The notes: generated by a model from the sequence alone, not told the origin. A DNA stretch of 38,068 bases from an uncultured bacterium (GCA_964582075.1 CAZOQQ010000001.1:1-38068); one strand, 5' to 3'; numbered from the stretch's first letter, positions 28,271 through 36,061 are shown. Numbers and translations: made by a program.

Positions 28271-29020
28271 TCAAAACAACCAGGGGAAACGAAGGTGCCA
28301 TACCATCCATACGGCTTCCCAAACGATACTTTTCGTCATTTTTGATGTACCGGCGTGCCTGTCGACAAAAGTTATAGGTATCTCTTTTATACTGCAGCCC
28401 GAATCAAAAAGCTTGTAAGAAACTTCTATCTGAAAGGAGTAGCCGTCGGACTTAATACCGCTTAGATCGAGTTTCTCGAGAGCTTTTCTTTTGAACGCCT
28501 TGAAACCACCGGTAGCATCCTCAACCGGAAGTCCCGTTATCAGTTTCGTATACCTGTTGGCAAACCAGGAGAGCAGAAGCCTGGACAGGGGCCAGTTAAC
28601 CACATTTACGCCGCTGCAGTAGCGGGAACCGATCGCAAGATCGCATTCTTCAAGAGCCTCAACCAGTTCTACGACCTTTTCGGGCTTATGAGAAAAATCG
28701 GCGTCCATCTGGATGATTGGGTCGAAGCTGTCCCTTTCCAGCGCCCATTTGAACCCGGCAACGTACGCCTGTCCCAGACCTGCTTTTCCAGGTCTGCTAA
28801 GAAGATGGACTCTCTCCGTTGGCTCGAATTCACGTACCGTGGCTCCGGTTCCGTCGGGACTGTTGTCATCGACCACAAGAATATCAGGTTTTATCGGAAG
28901 ATCCAGTAAAACAGGAATCAATCTGCCGATATTCTCAACCTCGTTGTAGGTAGGAATAACTATCAAGGGTGTTTTCAAGAGACCTCCGCTTTCTACATTT
29001 CGTTTAATATACTTATTCAT
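28271..29020 (-). CDS. Polyprenol-phosphate hexose synthase (Dpm1/Ppm1/GtrB-like GT2)
   Basis: IVIPTYNEVENI, ILVVDDNSPDGTG, LLSRPGKAGLGQAY, QMDADFSH, GGFKAF, and a hydrophobic C-terminal tail IVWEAVWMVWHLRFPWLF. The ORF also opens at ATG 29074, but that would overlap the divergent gene start at 29065. Neither start has a clear RBS. Confidence 0.8.
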   Translation of the reverse strand: MNKYIKRNVESGGLLKTPLIVIPTYNEVENIGRLIPVLLDLPIKPDILVVDDNSPDGTGATVREFEPTERVHLLSRPGKAGLGQAYVAGFKWALERDSFDPIIQMDADFSHKPEKVVELVEALEECDLAIGSRYCSGVNVVNWPLSRLLLSWFANRYTKLITGLPVEDATGGFKAFKRKALEKLDLSGIKSDGYSFQIEVSYKLFDSGCSIKEIPITFVDRHAGTSKMTKSIVWEAVWMVWHLRFPWLF

Positions 29021-29064
29021 TACTGAATCGGAACAGCATACTTCATCCAGTCTGGAGGGAAACC

Positions 29065-30108
29065 ATGACAACATTCAGAAGCAGTACATTGTTAATTCCT
29101 GTTATTCTGTTTTCCGCGCTTCCCCTGCAAGCATTGAAAGTATTCCCCCTGATCAGCTACAGTTCCAGCTCCGGGCTGCTTCTTGGCGGCATTATGAGCC
29201 ACAACATGGTTCCTCCTTTCACCCCTTTTGGTTTCAGCACAATGGCATACGTATATACCGATGGCAGCATTTCCGCTGAACCGCAGCTTCTGTTCAAAGC
29301 GGGAAGCGGGATAGCCAGGTTCAATATCAACTATCACGTAAGTCGCGGAAACAAGTTTTTCGGCTGGGGCAACGGAGGTGACAACGAACTCTACGAATTC
29401 TACGATTCAGAAACACAGGAAATTTCAGGTTCGTACAATTTCACTCCCTTTTCCGGTATTATCTTAACGGGAGGGCTGCTGTCCAGGCATTCCACCATTT
29501 ACAACAGACTGAACAACCGGTTATGGGAGCAATCGCCAACGGACAAATTCGGTTCTCTTTGGACCGCGGGACCTTTCATGGAAGGCGTCTGGATTATTCC
29601 ATCTCTTATAGACGGATACTTCAAAACCGGATACGATCTGCAGCTGGGCGACAATATTACATATCACAACACCGATCTCGCCCTGTCCGTATTCACCCCT
29701 GTGGGAACTTCAACTGTGCCCTGCTTTCGCGCAAAGATAACCCGACACGGAGGAACAGCTTCAACACCGTTTCCATATCTCCCCTCTCTCGGAGGCAGTT
29801 CGGGTCTTCGCGGCTACAAAGATACCCGTTTCGGAGGCAACTGGTCTCTCCTCGGGAATCTCGAACTTCGCCAGAGGATCTTCTCTTATACTATCGATGA
29901 GGATAATTCCTTTAGCCTATCCCTGGTTCTCTTCGGCGACGCGGGCCAGGTAGCCGATCACCTGGGTGATTTTCAGTGGAGCGGGTTTCACTTCGACGGA
30001 GGCCTCGGTGCCCGAATAACGTTACCCGGAGGCAGTTCACTCCGGGCTGATTTTGCCCTGTCTCCCGAAGGACTGGGTATACAGATGGGTATGGGAGAAC
30101 TGTTTTGA
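29065..30108 (+). CDS. Omp85-family outer-membrane beta-barrel (bacterial surface antigen domain) without POTRA domains
   Basis: GGAGGG RBS 5 nt upstream. Signal peptide MTTFRSSTLLIPVILFSALPLQA. GGSSGLRGYKDTRFGGNWSLLGNLELR, LFGDAGQV, and a terminal ...GMGELF. 347 aa leaves no room for POTRA repeats. Confidence 0.7.
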   Translation: MTTFRSSTLLIPVILFSALPLQALKVFPLISYSSSSGLLLGGIMSHNMVPPFTPFGFSTMAYVYTDGSISAEPQLLFKAGSGIARFNINYHVSRGNKFFGWGNGGDNELYEFYDSETQEISGSYNFTPFSGIILTGGLLSRHSTIYNRLNNRLWEQSPTDKFGSLWTAGPFMEGVWIIPSLIDGYFKTGYDLQLGDNITYHNTDLALSVFTPVGTSTVPCFRAKITRHGGTASTPFPYLPSLGGSSGLRGYKDTRFGGNWSLLGNLELRQRIFSYTIDEDNSFSLSLVLFGDAGQVADHLGDFQWSGFHFDGGLGARITLPGGSSLRADFALSPEGLGIQMGMGELF

Positions 30109-30127
30109 TTCCGGAAAGGCATTGCAA

Positions 30128-31348
30128 ATGAATCACGAATTTCTAAAGAAACTTCCGAAAACCGATCTTCACATGCATCTCGATGGTTCAGTACGCATAT
30201 CTACCCTTATAGAACTCGCACGGGAAACCGGGATAGAACTGCCATCGTACACCGAGCAGGGCCTAAGAGAAACCGTTTTCAAGGAACAGTACAGGGATCT
30301 GGATGAATACCTTACGGGGTTCGCTTACACAAACGCCGTCATGAAAACCAGGGAGCAGCTTGAAAGGATCAGTTACGAAGTTGCTGTAGACAACCAGAGG
30401 GAAGGCGTCAGATACGTTGAAGTCAGGTTCGCTCCCCAGCTTCACGCGTCGGAGGAAATGGATATAATCGAAAGTATCCGGGCCGTTAACGATGGACTCC
30501 TGCGGGCAAAGAATGAATTCAATGCCCGCGATGAAGTCCGGGATGGCACCGAACCGCCTTTCCACTTCGGCATCATCGCCTGTGCTATGCGATTCTTCAC
30601 ACCCGGGTTTTCCGACTGGTACAAAAGATTTTTCAGAATGCACCATTACACCGGCAGGGAAAGAGTTTTCGCCCTGGCATCCCTCGAACTCGAATCGGCC
30701 GTAGCCAGAGCCAGGTGGGAAGAGGGGCTGCTGGTAGTTGGAATAGACCTCGCGGGTTCCGAAGCCGGATGGCCCGCCCTGAACCACCTCGAAGCGTTCC
30801 GTAACGCCCAGAAGCATTTCCTGAAGAAAACCGTGCACGCGGGTGAAGCGTACGGACCGGAGAGTATTTACCAGGCGATAACAGAACTTTACGCGGAAAG
30901 GATAGGTCACGGTCTTACCCTGCTCGACACCGATTCCGTGCAATCACAGGATATAAGCAACCCACGGGAATACATAGACGCGCTGGCCGGATACATAGCG
31001 GACAGAAGAATAACTGTTGAAGTGTGTCTTACCTCGAACCAGCAGACAAATCCCGCTTTCAGGGACCTTTCGAACCATCCATTCGGGAAAATGATGGACA
31101 GAAAGCTGTCACTGACCATCTGTACCGATAACAGAACCATATCGGATACAACGGTAACGAAGGAACTGCAAAAAGCGGCAGACGCTTTCAACCTCTCAAC
31201 GGACGATCTGAAGAACATCATCGTTTACGGGTTCAAAAGAAGCTTCTTCCCGGGCAGGTACGATGAGAAAAGACGCTACGTGCGCAGATGCATGGATTAT
31301 TTCGAAAAGACACAGCAGGAGTTTTCACAAGGTAAATCCCTTCGATGA
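30128..31348 (+). CDS. add: Adenosine deaminase
   Basis: Start at ATG 30128 (GGAAAGG RBS). KTDLHMHLDGS (HxH), VHAGE, RIGHG, LTSN, CTDNRTIS. At about 406 aa it is longer than E. coli Add, with insertions around residues 190-230 and 300-320. Confidence 0.85.
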   Translation: MNHEFLKKLPKTDLHMHLDGSVRISTLIELARETGIELPSYTEQGLRETVFKEQYRDLDEYLTGFAYTNAVMKTREQLERISYEVAVDNQREGVRYVEVRFAPQLHASEEMDIIESIRAVNDGLLRAKNEFNARDEVRDGTEPPFHFGIIACAMRFFTPGFSDWYKRFFRMHHYTGRERVFALASLELESAVARARWEEGLLVVGIDLAGSEAGWPALNHLEAFRNAQKHFLKKTVHAGEAYGPESIYQAITELYAERIGHGLTLLDTDSVQSQDISNPREYIDALAGYIADRRITVEVCLTSNQQTNPAFRDLSNHPFGKMMDRKLSLTICTDNRTISDTTVTKELQKAADAFNLSTDDLKNIIVYGFKRSFFPGRYDEKRRYVRRCMDYFEKTQQEFSQGKSLR

Positions 31349-32316
31349 ACGCTGTTAACCTCTGGAAACTGTTAAGGGAAGCCCTGACTTCGGAGATTCC
31401 GTGCGCTCTTCTGCTCACGGTTGAAACCGGCGGAAGCGGTCCGGGAAGACCCGGAGCCGCGATGGGGATAACTTCGAGTGGCGGTGTAAGCGGAACCGTC
31501 GGCGGCGGAATAATGGAGCACCTCCTGGTCGGCAGGGCCCGAGGGATGCTGGAATCGGGCGCTGCTTCCCCTGAAATCGTGACATACGAACACGGGGACG
31601 ACGGTAATCCATCGGAAAGAAACGGAATCCCTTCGGGGATGATCTGTTCGGGTTACCAGACAACCGCGATTTTTCCCGTGCCTTCCGGCGCACTCGATAC
31701 CGTGAACCGGGTAATCAGCATACTTGAACAGGGGAGAAACGGTACTTTGCGGCTGTCCGGCTCCGGTATTTCCGTATCGGATTCTTCCGCGCAGACAACA
31801 CACGAATTCTCATCTTCAGGACAAAATAACTGGGAATACTCGGGCCCGCTTGGCCTCAGAGATACCGTTTACATCATCGGAGGAGGACATGTCGGACAGG
31901 CACTTGCCCGTCTTCTGGCGGAACTTTCCTTTCAACCCGTAATAATCGATCAGAGGGACCCGGCCTCTTTCGAAAATCCTCCTGCATGCAGGTGGATCAG
32001 AACAGAATACCGGGATGCGCACAACCATGTACCCGAAGGCAGGCACTCATGGGTTGTAATAATGACCCCGTTTCACACCGCTGACGCTGAAGTGCTTGAA
32101 AGCCTGTCCGGCAAAGAACTCAGGTATACGGGGATGATGGCAAGTGACTCCAAAAAGGAAAAGATATACGCGGCCCTGGCCCGGAAAGGGGTTCAGGGAA
32201 ACTTTCTTGAAAGGGTGCACTGCCCGATAGGAATTTCCATAGGCAGCCGGACCCCGCCTGAAATCGCTGTCAGCATAACCGCGCAAATCGTAGGGATAAG
32301 GTCCGGCGCCTTCTGA
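31345..32316 (+). CDS. xdhC: XdhC/CoxI-family accessory protein
   Basis: ATGA overlap with the add stop. N-domain ALLLTVETGGSGPGRPGAAMGI...GTVGGGIMEH. Rossmann-like C-domain VYIIGGGHVGQALARLLAELSFQPVIIDQR. Confidence 0.8.
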   Translation: MNAVNLWKLLREALTSEIPCALLLTVETGGSGPGRPGAAMGITSSGGVSGTVGGGIMEHLLVGRARGMLESGAASPEIVTYEHGDDGNPSERNGIPSGMICSGYQTTAIFPVPSGALDTVNRVISILEQGRNGTLRLSGSGISVSDSSAQTTHEFSSSGQNNWEYSGPLGLRDTVYIIGGGHVGQALARLLAELSFQPVIIDQRDPASFENPPACRWIRTEYRDAHNHVPEGRHSWVVIMTPFHTADAEVLESLSGKELRYTGMMASDSKKEKIYAALARKGVQGNFLERVHCPIGISIGSRTPPEIAVSITAQIVGIRSGAF

Positions 32317-32332
32317 TTCTTAGCGGAACCCT

Positions 32333-33040
32333 TTACTCAGATGAGAACTGGTCCTTGCCTACGCCGCACACGGGACACACCCAGTCTTCCGGAATATCCT
32401 CAAAAGCCGTTCCTGGTTCAATACCGCCATCGGGATCGCCCTTCTCCGGATCGTAAACATAGCCACAGATATTGCATACGTACTTTTTCATTCTTTTTTC
32501 TTCCTTTCTTTCGGATTTTTCAGCGGTCTCACCTGATTTCGGCATGTAAGACGGGGCGGTCGGAGGGGTTTTACCGCAGAGTACCTCCCTGTAGTACGAA
32601 TATGTCATCGGTTTGCCCCTGCCGGTAATACCACAGTCCGTAACTTCACCGATAAACAGGGTATGGGTATCCAGATCGATATCATTGATTATTTTAAGAT
32701 CGATGTACCCCAGTATGTTCCGTTTCGGAAGCGCACATTCCGAGGGAGTGAGGGTGTACGGTACGCCGTCGAATTTGTCCGCGTCTCTTCCGCTCTTGAA
32801 TCCGAAATTACCGATGAAGTTCAGATCCGCGTCTTCACTCAATATCCCTACGGAACATTTTCGCGTCCTGCTGATCAGTTCATGTGTAAGTTCAGTTTTG
32901 TTTATTGAAACAGCAATTTTTATCGGATCGGCTGTAAGCTGAAACACCGTATTCGCTATTTGAGCGTTCAGCTTGTTTTCCGAGCGGGTCCCAATCACGT
33001 ACAGTCCGTAAGTGATTGTGAAAAGGGGCGTGATATCCAT
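32333..33040 (-). CDS. hrb: Flavin reductase-rubredoxin fusion (high-molecular-weight rubredoxin, Hrb-like)
   Basis: N-terminal flavin-reductase-like domain ([10 protein letters not shown]...). A Lys/Glu-rich linker joins it to a C-terminal rubredoxin [17 protein letters not shown]...[17 protein letters not shown] (two CxxC pairs). Confidence 0.85.
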   Translation of the reverse strand: MDITPLFTITYGLYVIGTRSENKLNAQIANTVFQLTADPIKIAVSINKTELTHELISRTRKCSVGILSEDADLNFIGNFGFKSGRDADKFDGVPYTLTPSECALPKRNILGYIDLKIINDIDLDTHTLFIGEVTDCGITGRGKPMTYSYYREVLCGKTPPTAPSYMPKSGETAEKSERKEEKRMKKYVCNICGYVYDPEKGDPDGGIEPGTAFEDIPEDWVCPVCGVGKDQFSSE

Positions 33041-33057
33041 AAATTCTCCTAAGGCAG

Positions 33058-33549
33058 TTACAAATTCAGTCTGTTTCTCTGTTTCTCAAGGTACGAAATG
33101 TGTCCTATTTCCTCGTCTATTATTTCGTACACCCTTTCCTTGCCCAATATTGGCGAGACCAGCCTTTCCAGCCCCACGAAAAAAAGAAGAGAATCCTTTT
33201 CGAACTGTATCGCGCGGTTTATTATCTTTCCGGTATCATCACCCATCTCCGATATAAGTTCACCCATATCCCGCTTGAAAACATGGTCATCAGCCATGGC
33301 TTTCAGGTACAGCGCCGATTCGGTGTACGGGTCGAACGAAGTCCGTGCTTTCTCATCCTCATCGAGATCCATTCGCATCGCCGCGAAGATATCCTCATGT
33401 CCCTTTTCCCATTCGGCAAGATCTGAAAGAAGTTTTGAAACTTCGAAATCGTTCACGGCTTCCGAAGCTCTCCGGTAGAATTCCTGTCCGTTTCTTTCTA
33501 TCTGCTCGGCCATTTTCAGCACTTCTTCAGCGTTGAAGAGGGTTTCCAT
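33058..33549 (-). CDS. Ferritin-like diiron four-helix-bundle protein (rubrerythrin/erythrin family, no rubredoxin domain)
   Basis: Ligand pattern E ([12 protein letters not shown]), ExxH (EKGH), E (QFEKDS), ExxH (EIGH). Start chosen at ATG 33549 (AGGTG RBS 7 nt upstream). The ATG at 33555 and the ORF start at 33603 are alternatives. Confidence 0.7.
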   Translation of the reverse strand: METLFNAEEVLKMAEQIERNGQEFYRRASEAVNDFEVSKLLSDLAEWEKGHEDIFAAMRMDLDEDEKARTSFDPYTESALYLKAMADDHVFKRDMGELISEMGDDTGKIINRAIQFEKDSLLFFVGLERLVSPILGKERVYEIIDEEIGHISYLEKQRNRLNL

Positions 33550-33559
33550 ATCCATACAC

Positions 33560-34075
33560 CTACTCTTCGCTGCTGACGGGGGGATTGAATACCCTCTGTC
33601 CAAGCTCGTTATCTATCATGAATTTTCCACCGCCGGAATCACCTATAAGCCTGAGTTTTCTGACTACTTCACCAACGGATACTTCTTCTTCCACCTGTTC
33701 CGCTACGTACCACTGCAGGAAATTGTCAGTCATATGGTCGTTTTCTTCCCTGGCCAGAGTAACAAGATCGTTGATCATGGAAGAAACTTTCCGTTCGTGC
33801 TCAAGAGCGCCGTTGAACGCATCCAGAACGGATTTCCATTCTACGGGAGGTTTCGCTATGGCGTCCAGCACCACTCTGCCTTCTCTTTCGTTCACGTAAT
33901 TCATGAATTTAGCGGCATGAACCAGTTCCTCCTGAGCCTGCGAGTTCATCCATTTCGCCGCACCGCTCATATCAACCGACTCAAAGTACATCGACATGGC
34001 CGCGTAAAGGTAGGAAGAGTACAGCTCCGCGTTTATCTGAAGGTTGATGGCTTTCTGCATCTTTTCACTGAGCAT
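33560..34075 (-). CDS. ftn: Non-heme ferritin
   Basis: MLSEKMQKAINLQINAELYSSYLYAAMSMYF...QEELVHAAKF...ALEHERKVS...FLQWYVAEQVEEE aligns along the whole length of E. coli FtnA. GGAAAGGA RBS. Confidence 0.9.
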   Translation of the reverse strand: MLSEKMQKAINLQINAELYSSYLYAAMSMYFESVDMSGAAKWMNSQAQEELVHAAKFMNYVNEREGRVVLDAIAKPPVEWKSVLDAFNGALEHERKVSSMINDLVTLAREENDHMTDNFLQWYVAEQVEEEVSVGEVVRKLRLIGDSGGGKFMIDNELGQRVFNPPVSSEE

Positions 34076-34077
34076 GT

Positions 34078-34455
34078 TTATCCTTTCCACAAACCATGAA
34101 CCGAGCAGTATTCTCTCGCGGATACTTCGCCGAGATCACCGGTTTTGAATTCAGCAACCGGATCCATACCGGGCTGCAGATACACTCTATGGATTTCGTC
34201 TCCGGATATCAGTTCTATCCATTCGATGTAATGAGTATCAACCATGGGATGAATTGTCGAACCGACTACAACCCTGTAGCCTCCCTGTATTTTTTCTATG
34301 ACCGGAACATGCTTTTCGGTTGCCATATCGGCTGTCTGTTCTTCCATGGCAACCATCGGTTCTCCACAGCAGACAAGCTGTCCGGCACCACCATGCGTCA
34401 TCTCAACTATGTTTCCGCATATTTCACACTTGTACACCTGCATACGTTCAGTCAT
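34078..34455 (-). CDS. dfx: Desulfoferrodoxin (2Fe superoxide reductase)
   Basis: N-terminal desulforedoxin CEICGNIV...VCCGEPM. SOR domain [11 protein letters not shown]...HYIEWIEL, and C..HGLWK at the C-terminus. GGGAGG RBS. Confidence 0.9.
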   Translation of the reverse strand: MTERMQVYKCEICGNIVEMTHGGAGQLVCCGEPMVAMEEQTADMATEKHVPVIEKIQGGYRVVVGSTIHPMVDTHYIEWIELISGDEIHRVYLQPGMDPVAEFKTGDLGEVSAREYCSVHGLWKG

Positions 34456-34470
34456 TACTGTACCTCCCTG

Positions 34471-34926
34471 TTAGTTCTCCGTGAGAACACGTTCGTCGTA
34501 TTCGGTTTCAAAGCGAAGCTTATGGTTTGCTTCCTGGTTCGCGAGCCCCAGAAGGATATCCCTGATCCCTTTATCGGAAGCAACCGACGCAAGACGGGTA
34601 TACATCTGGTAAGCCGACTCTTCTTTTTTCATAGCCAGTATAAGGGCATCCTGATACTTCATCCCGCTGCTGGGAACGGCATCTACAAGGATCTCTCCCA
34701 GTCCGAGATTGATAACCTTATCCGTTGAAAGATACTCCATGCCTCCCATCTTGATGTTTTCAAGCTTGTTCCTGTGCTGAAGTTCCTCTTCACTGAATTC
34801 CATGAACATTTTGCTGATCGACGGATTGTCAACCTGAGCGGATAATTCCGTATAGAAATCTGCAGCGGCCTGTTCCTCGCCTATGGCGAAATCCAGGATC
34901 TCTTCGGTGGATTTGAATTCTCTCAT
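34471..34926 (-). CDS. Rubrerythrin-like diiron protein (no rubredoxin domain)
   Basis: Ligand pattern E (GEEQAAADFY), ExxH (ELQH), E (KKEESAYQMY), ExxH (EANH). The ATG at 34926 has an AGGTGA RBS. The listed ORF start at 34941 is a TTG inside the rbr 3' end. Confidence 0.7.
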   Translation of the reverse strand: MREFKSTEEILDFAIGEEQAAADFYTELSAQVDNPSISKMFMEFSEEELQHRNKLENIKMGGMEYLSTDKVINLGLGEILVDAVPSSGMKYQDALILAMKKEESAYQMYTRLASVASDKGIRDILLGLANQEANHKLRFETEYDERVLTEN

Positions 34927-34934
34927 TTTTTCAC

Positions 34935-35507
34935 CTACCAATTCTCTGCCAGAAGTTCAAAGTGTGCCTGAGGATGCGCGCAGGCGGGACAGACGGCGGG
35001 AGCTTCTTTCCCCTCGTGCAGGTATCCGCAGTTCCGGCATCGCCAGATAACAACATCATCTTTTCTGAAAACCTTTCCCTCGTTTATGTTCTTAAGCAGG
35101 CCCAGGTAACGTTTCTCATGCTGCTTTTCGGCAACCGCGATTGACTCGAAAATTATCGCGATATCATTCAATCCCTCCGACCGGGCTGTCTCGGCAAAAC
35201 CGGGGTACATTTCCGAATGCTCGAAATTCTCTCCGGCTGCCGCAGCGACAAGATTTTCATCGGTTGATCCGATCTTACCGGCGGGATAAGAATCCGTTAT
35301 TTCAACTTCTCCACCTTCAAGCAGTTTGAAGAGACGCTTGGCGTGTTCCTTCTCCTGGTTGGCGGTTTCTTCGAATATCTTCGAGATTTGAACGTAACCA
35401 TCCTTTTTGGCCTGTGATGCGAAGTACGTGTACCTGTTCCTTGCCTGCGACTCTCCGGCGAACGCCTTCAGGATATTCTTCTCTGTTTTCGTGCCTTTAA
35501 TGCTCAT
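34935..35507 (-). CDS. rbr: Rubrerythrin
   Basis: GESQARNRYTYFA, EKEHAKRL, GENFEHSEMYP, AEKQHEKRY, plus a C-terminal rubredoxin-like WRCRNCGY...CPACAHP. AAGGAG RBS. The start overlaps the perR stop by 11 nt. Confidence 0.92.
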   Translation of the reverse strand: MSIKGTKTEKNILKAFAGESQARNRYTYFASQAKKDGYVQISKIFEETANQEKEHAKRLFKLLEGGEVEITDSYPAGKIGSTDENLVAAAAGENFEHSEMYPGFAETARSEGLNDIAIIFESIAVAEKQHEKRYLGLLKNINEGKVFRKDDVVIWRCRNCGYLHEGKEAPAVCPACAHPQAHFELLAENW

Positions 35508-35919
35508 TCGATATCTCCTTTTCGTGTTGTTCCGCGCATTCGGGACAAATTCCCGTAAGACTGATATTTACTTCCTTCACTTTGAAACCGGATACTTTCT
35601 CGAGACTTAACCTGTTGAATCTCAACTGGTCGACACCGACATCAGTGATTCTTCCGCAGACAGAACATTTTATATGGTAATGTTCCATAATGTTGTGATC
35701 GTAACGTATCTCCTTATCACCGTTCTTAACCGCAATAAGCCTGCCCTGATTCACCAGGATTCCGAGATTCCTGTATACCGTACTGAGACTCGTTCTGGGC
35801 AGTACGTTTCTTACCGCGTCAAACACCTGTGTCGCGCTGGGGTGACAGTTGAGCATTTCCACGGCCTCAAGTATCACTTTTCGCTGCCTTGTGTTTCTGT
35901 GAATTTCCCTCTGACGCAT
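35497..35919 (-). CDS. perR: Fur-family regulator, PerR-like
   Basis: TRQRKVILE, HPSATQVFD, LSTVYRNL, HYHIKCSVCG, GICPEC. It is the first gene of the peroxide/superoxide operon. Start chosen at ATG 35919 (AGAGGGG just upstream). The ATGs at 35934 and 35994 would place the putative promoter inside the CDS. Confidence 0.75.
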   Translation of the reverse strand: MRQREIHRNTRQRKVILEAVEMLNCHPSATQVFDAVRNVLPRTSLSTVYRNLGILVNQGRLIAVKNGDKEIRYDHNIMEHYHIKCSVCGRITDVGVDQLRFNRLSLEKVSGFKVKEVNISLTGICPECAEQHEKEISNEH

Positions 35920-35933
35920 ATCCCCTCTATTCA

Positions 35934-35948
35934 TAATAGGAATTATTA
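35934..35948 (-). promoter_or_regulatory. AT-rich inverted repeat (TAATA-N5-TATTA), possible Fur/PerR-type operator
   Basis: The minus strand reads TAATAATTCCTATTA immediately downstream of the putative -10. This is 15 bp, the length of a 7-1-7 Fur-family box, and matches about 10/14 positions of the B. subtilis Per box TTATAATnATTATAA. Confidence 0.3.
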
Positions 35949-35950
35949 GC

Positions 35951-35978
35951 AATATACTGTTCCCTATTCCCTTGTCAA
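35951..35978 (-). promoter_or_regulatory. Candidate sigma-70-type promoter of the perR operon
   Basis: The minus strand reads TTGACA (35978-35973), a 16-nt spacer, then TATATT (35956-35951), about 30 nt upstream of the chosen perR start. Confidence 0.4.
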
Positions 35979-36061
35979 GTCGTCGGAATTTCATCTACAT
36001 TGCAGGCTTGTAAGCCCCGCGGGTTCCCGATTTGTTTTGAAAATGGAATTTTTCCGTGCTG

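Noticed and set aside
30263-30943. 226-aa ORF antisense to adenosine deaminase. Similar antisense ORFs lie at 8352-8804, 33533-34099 and 34096-34728
   Set aside because: All are nested in genes with unambiguous family motifs on the other strand. None shows independent coding evidence.
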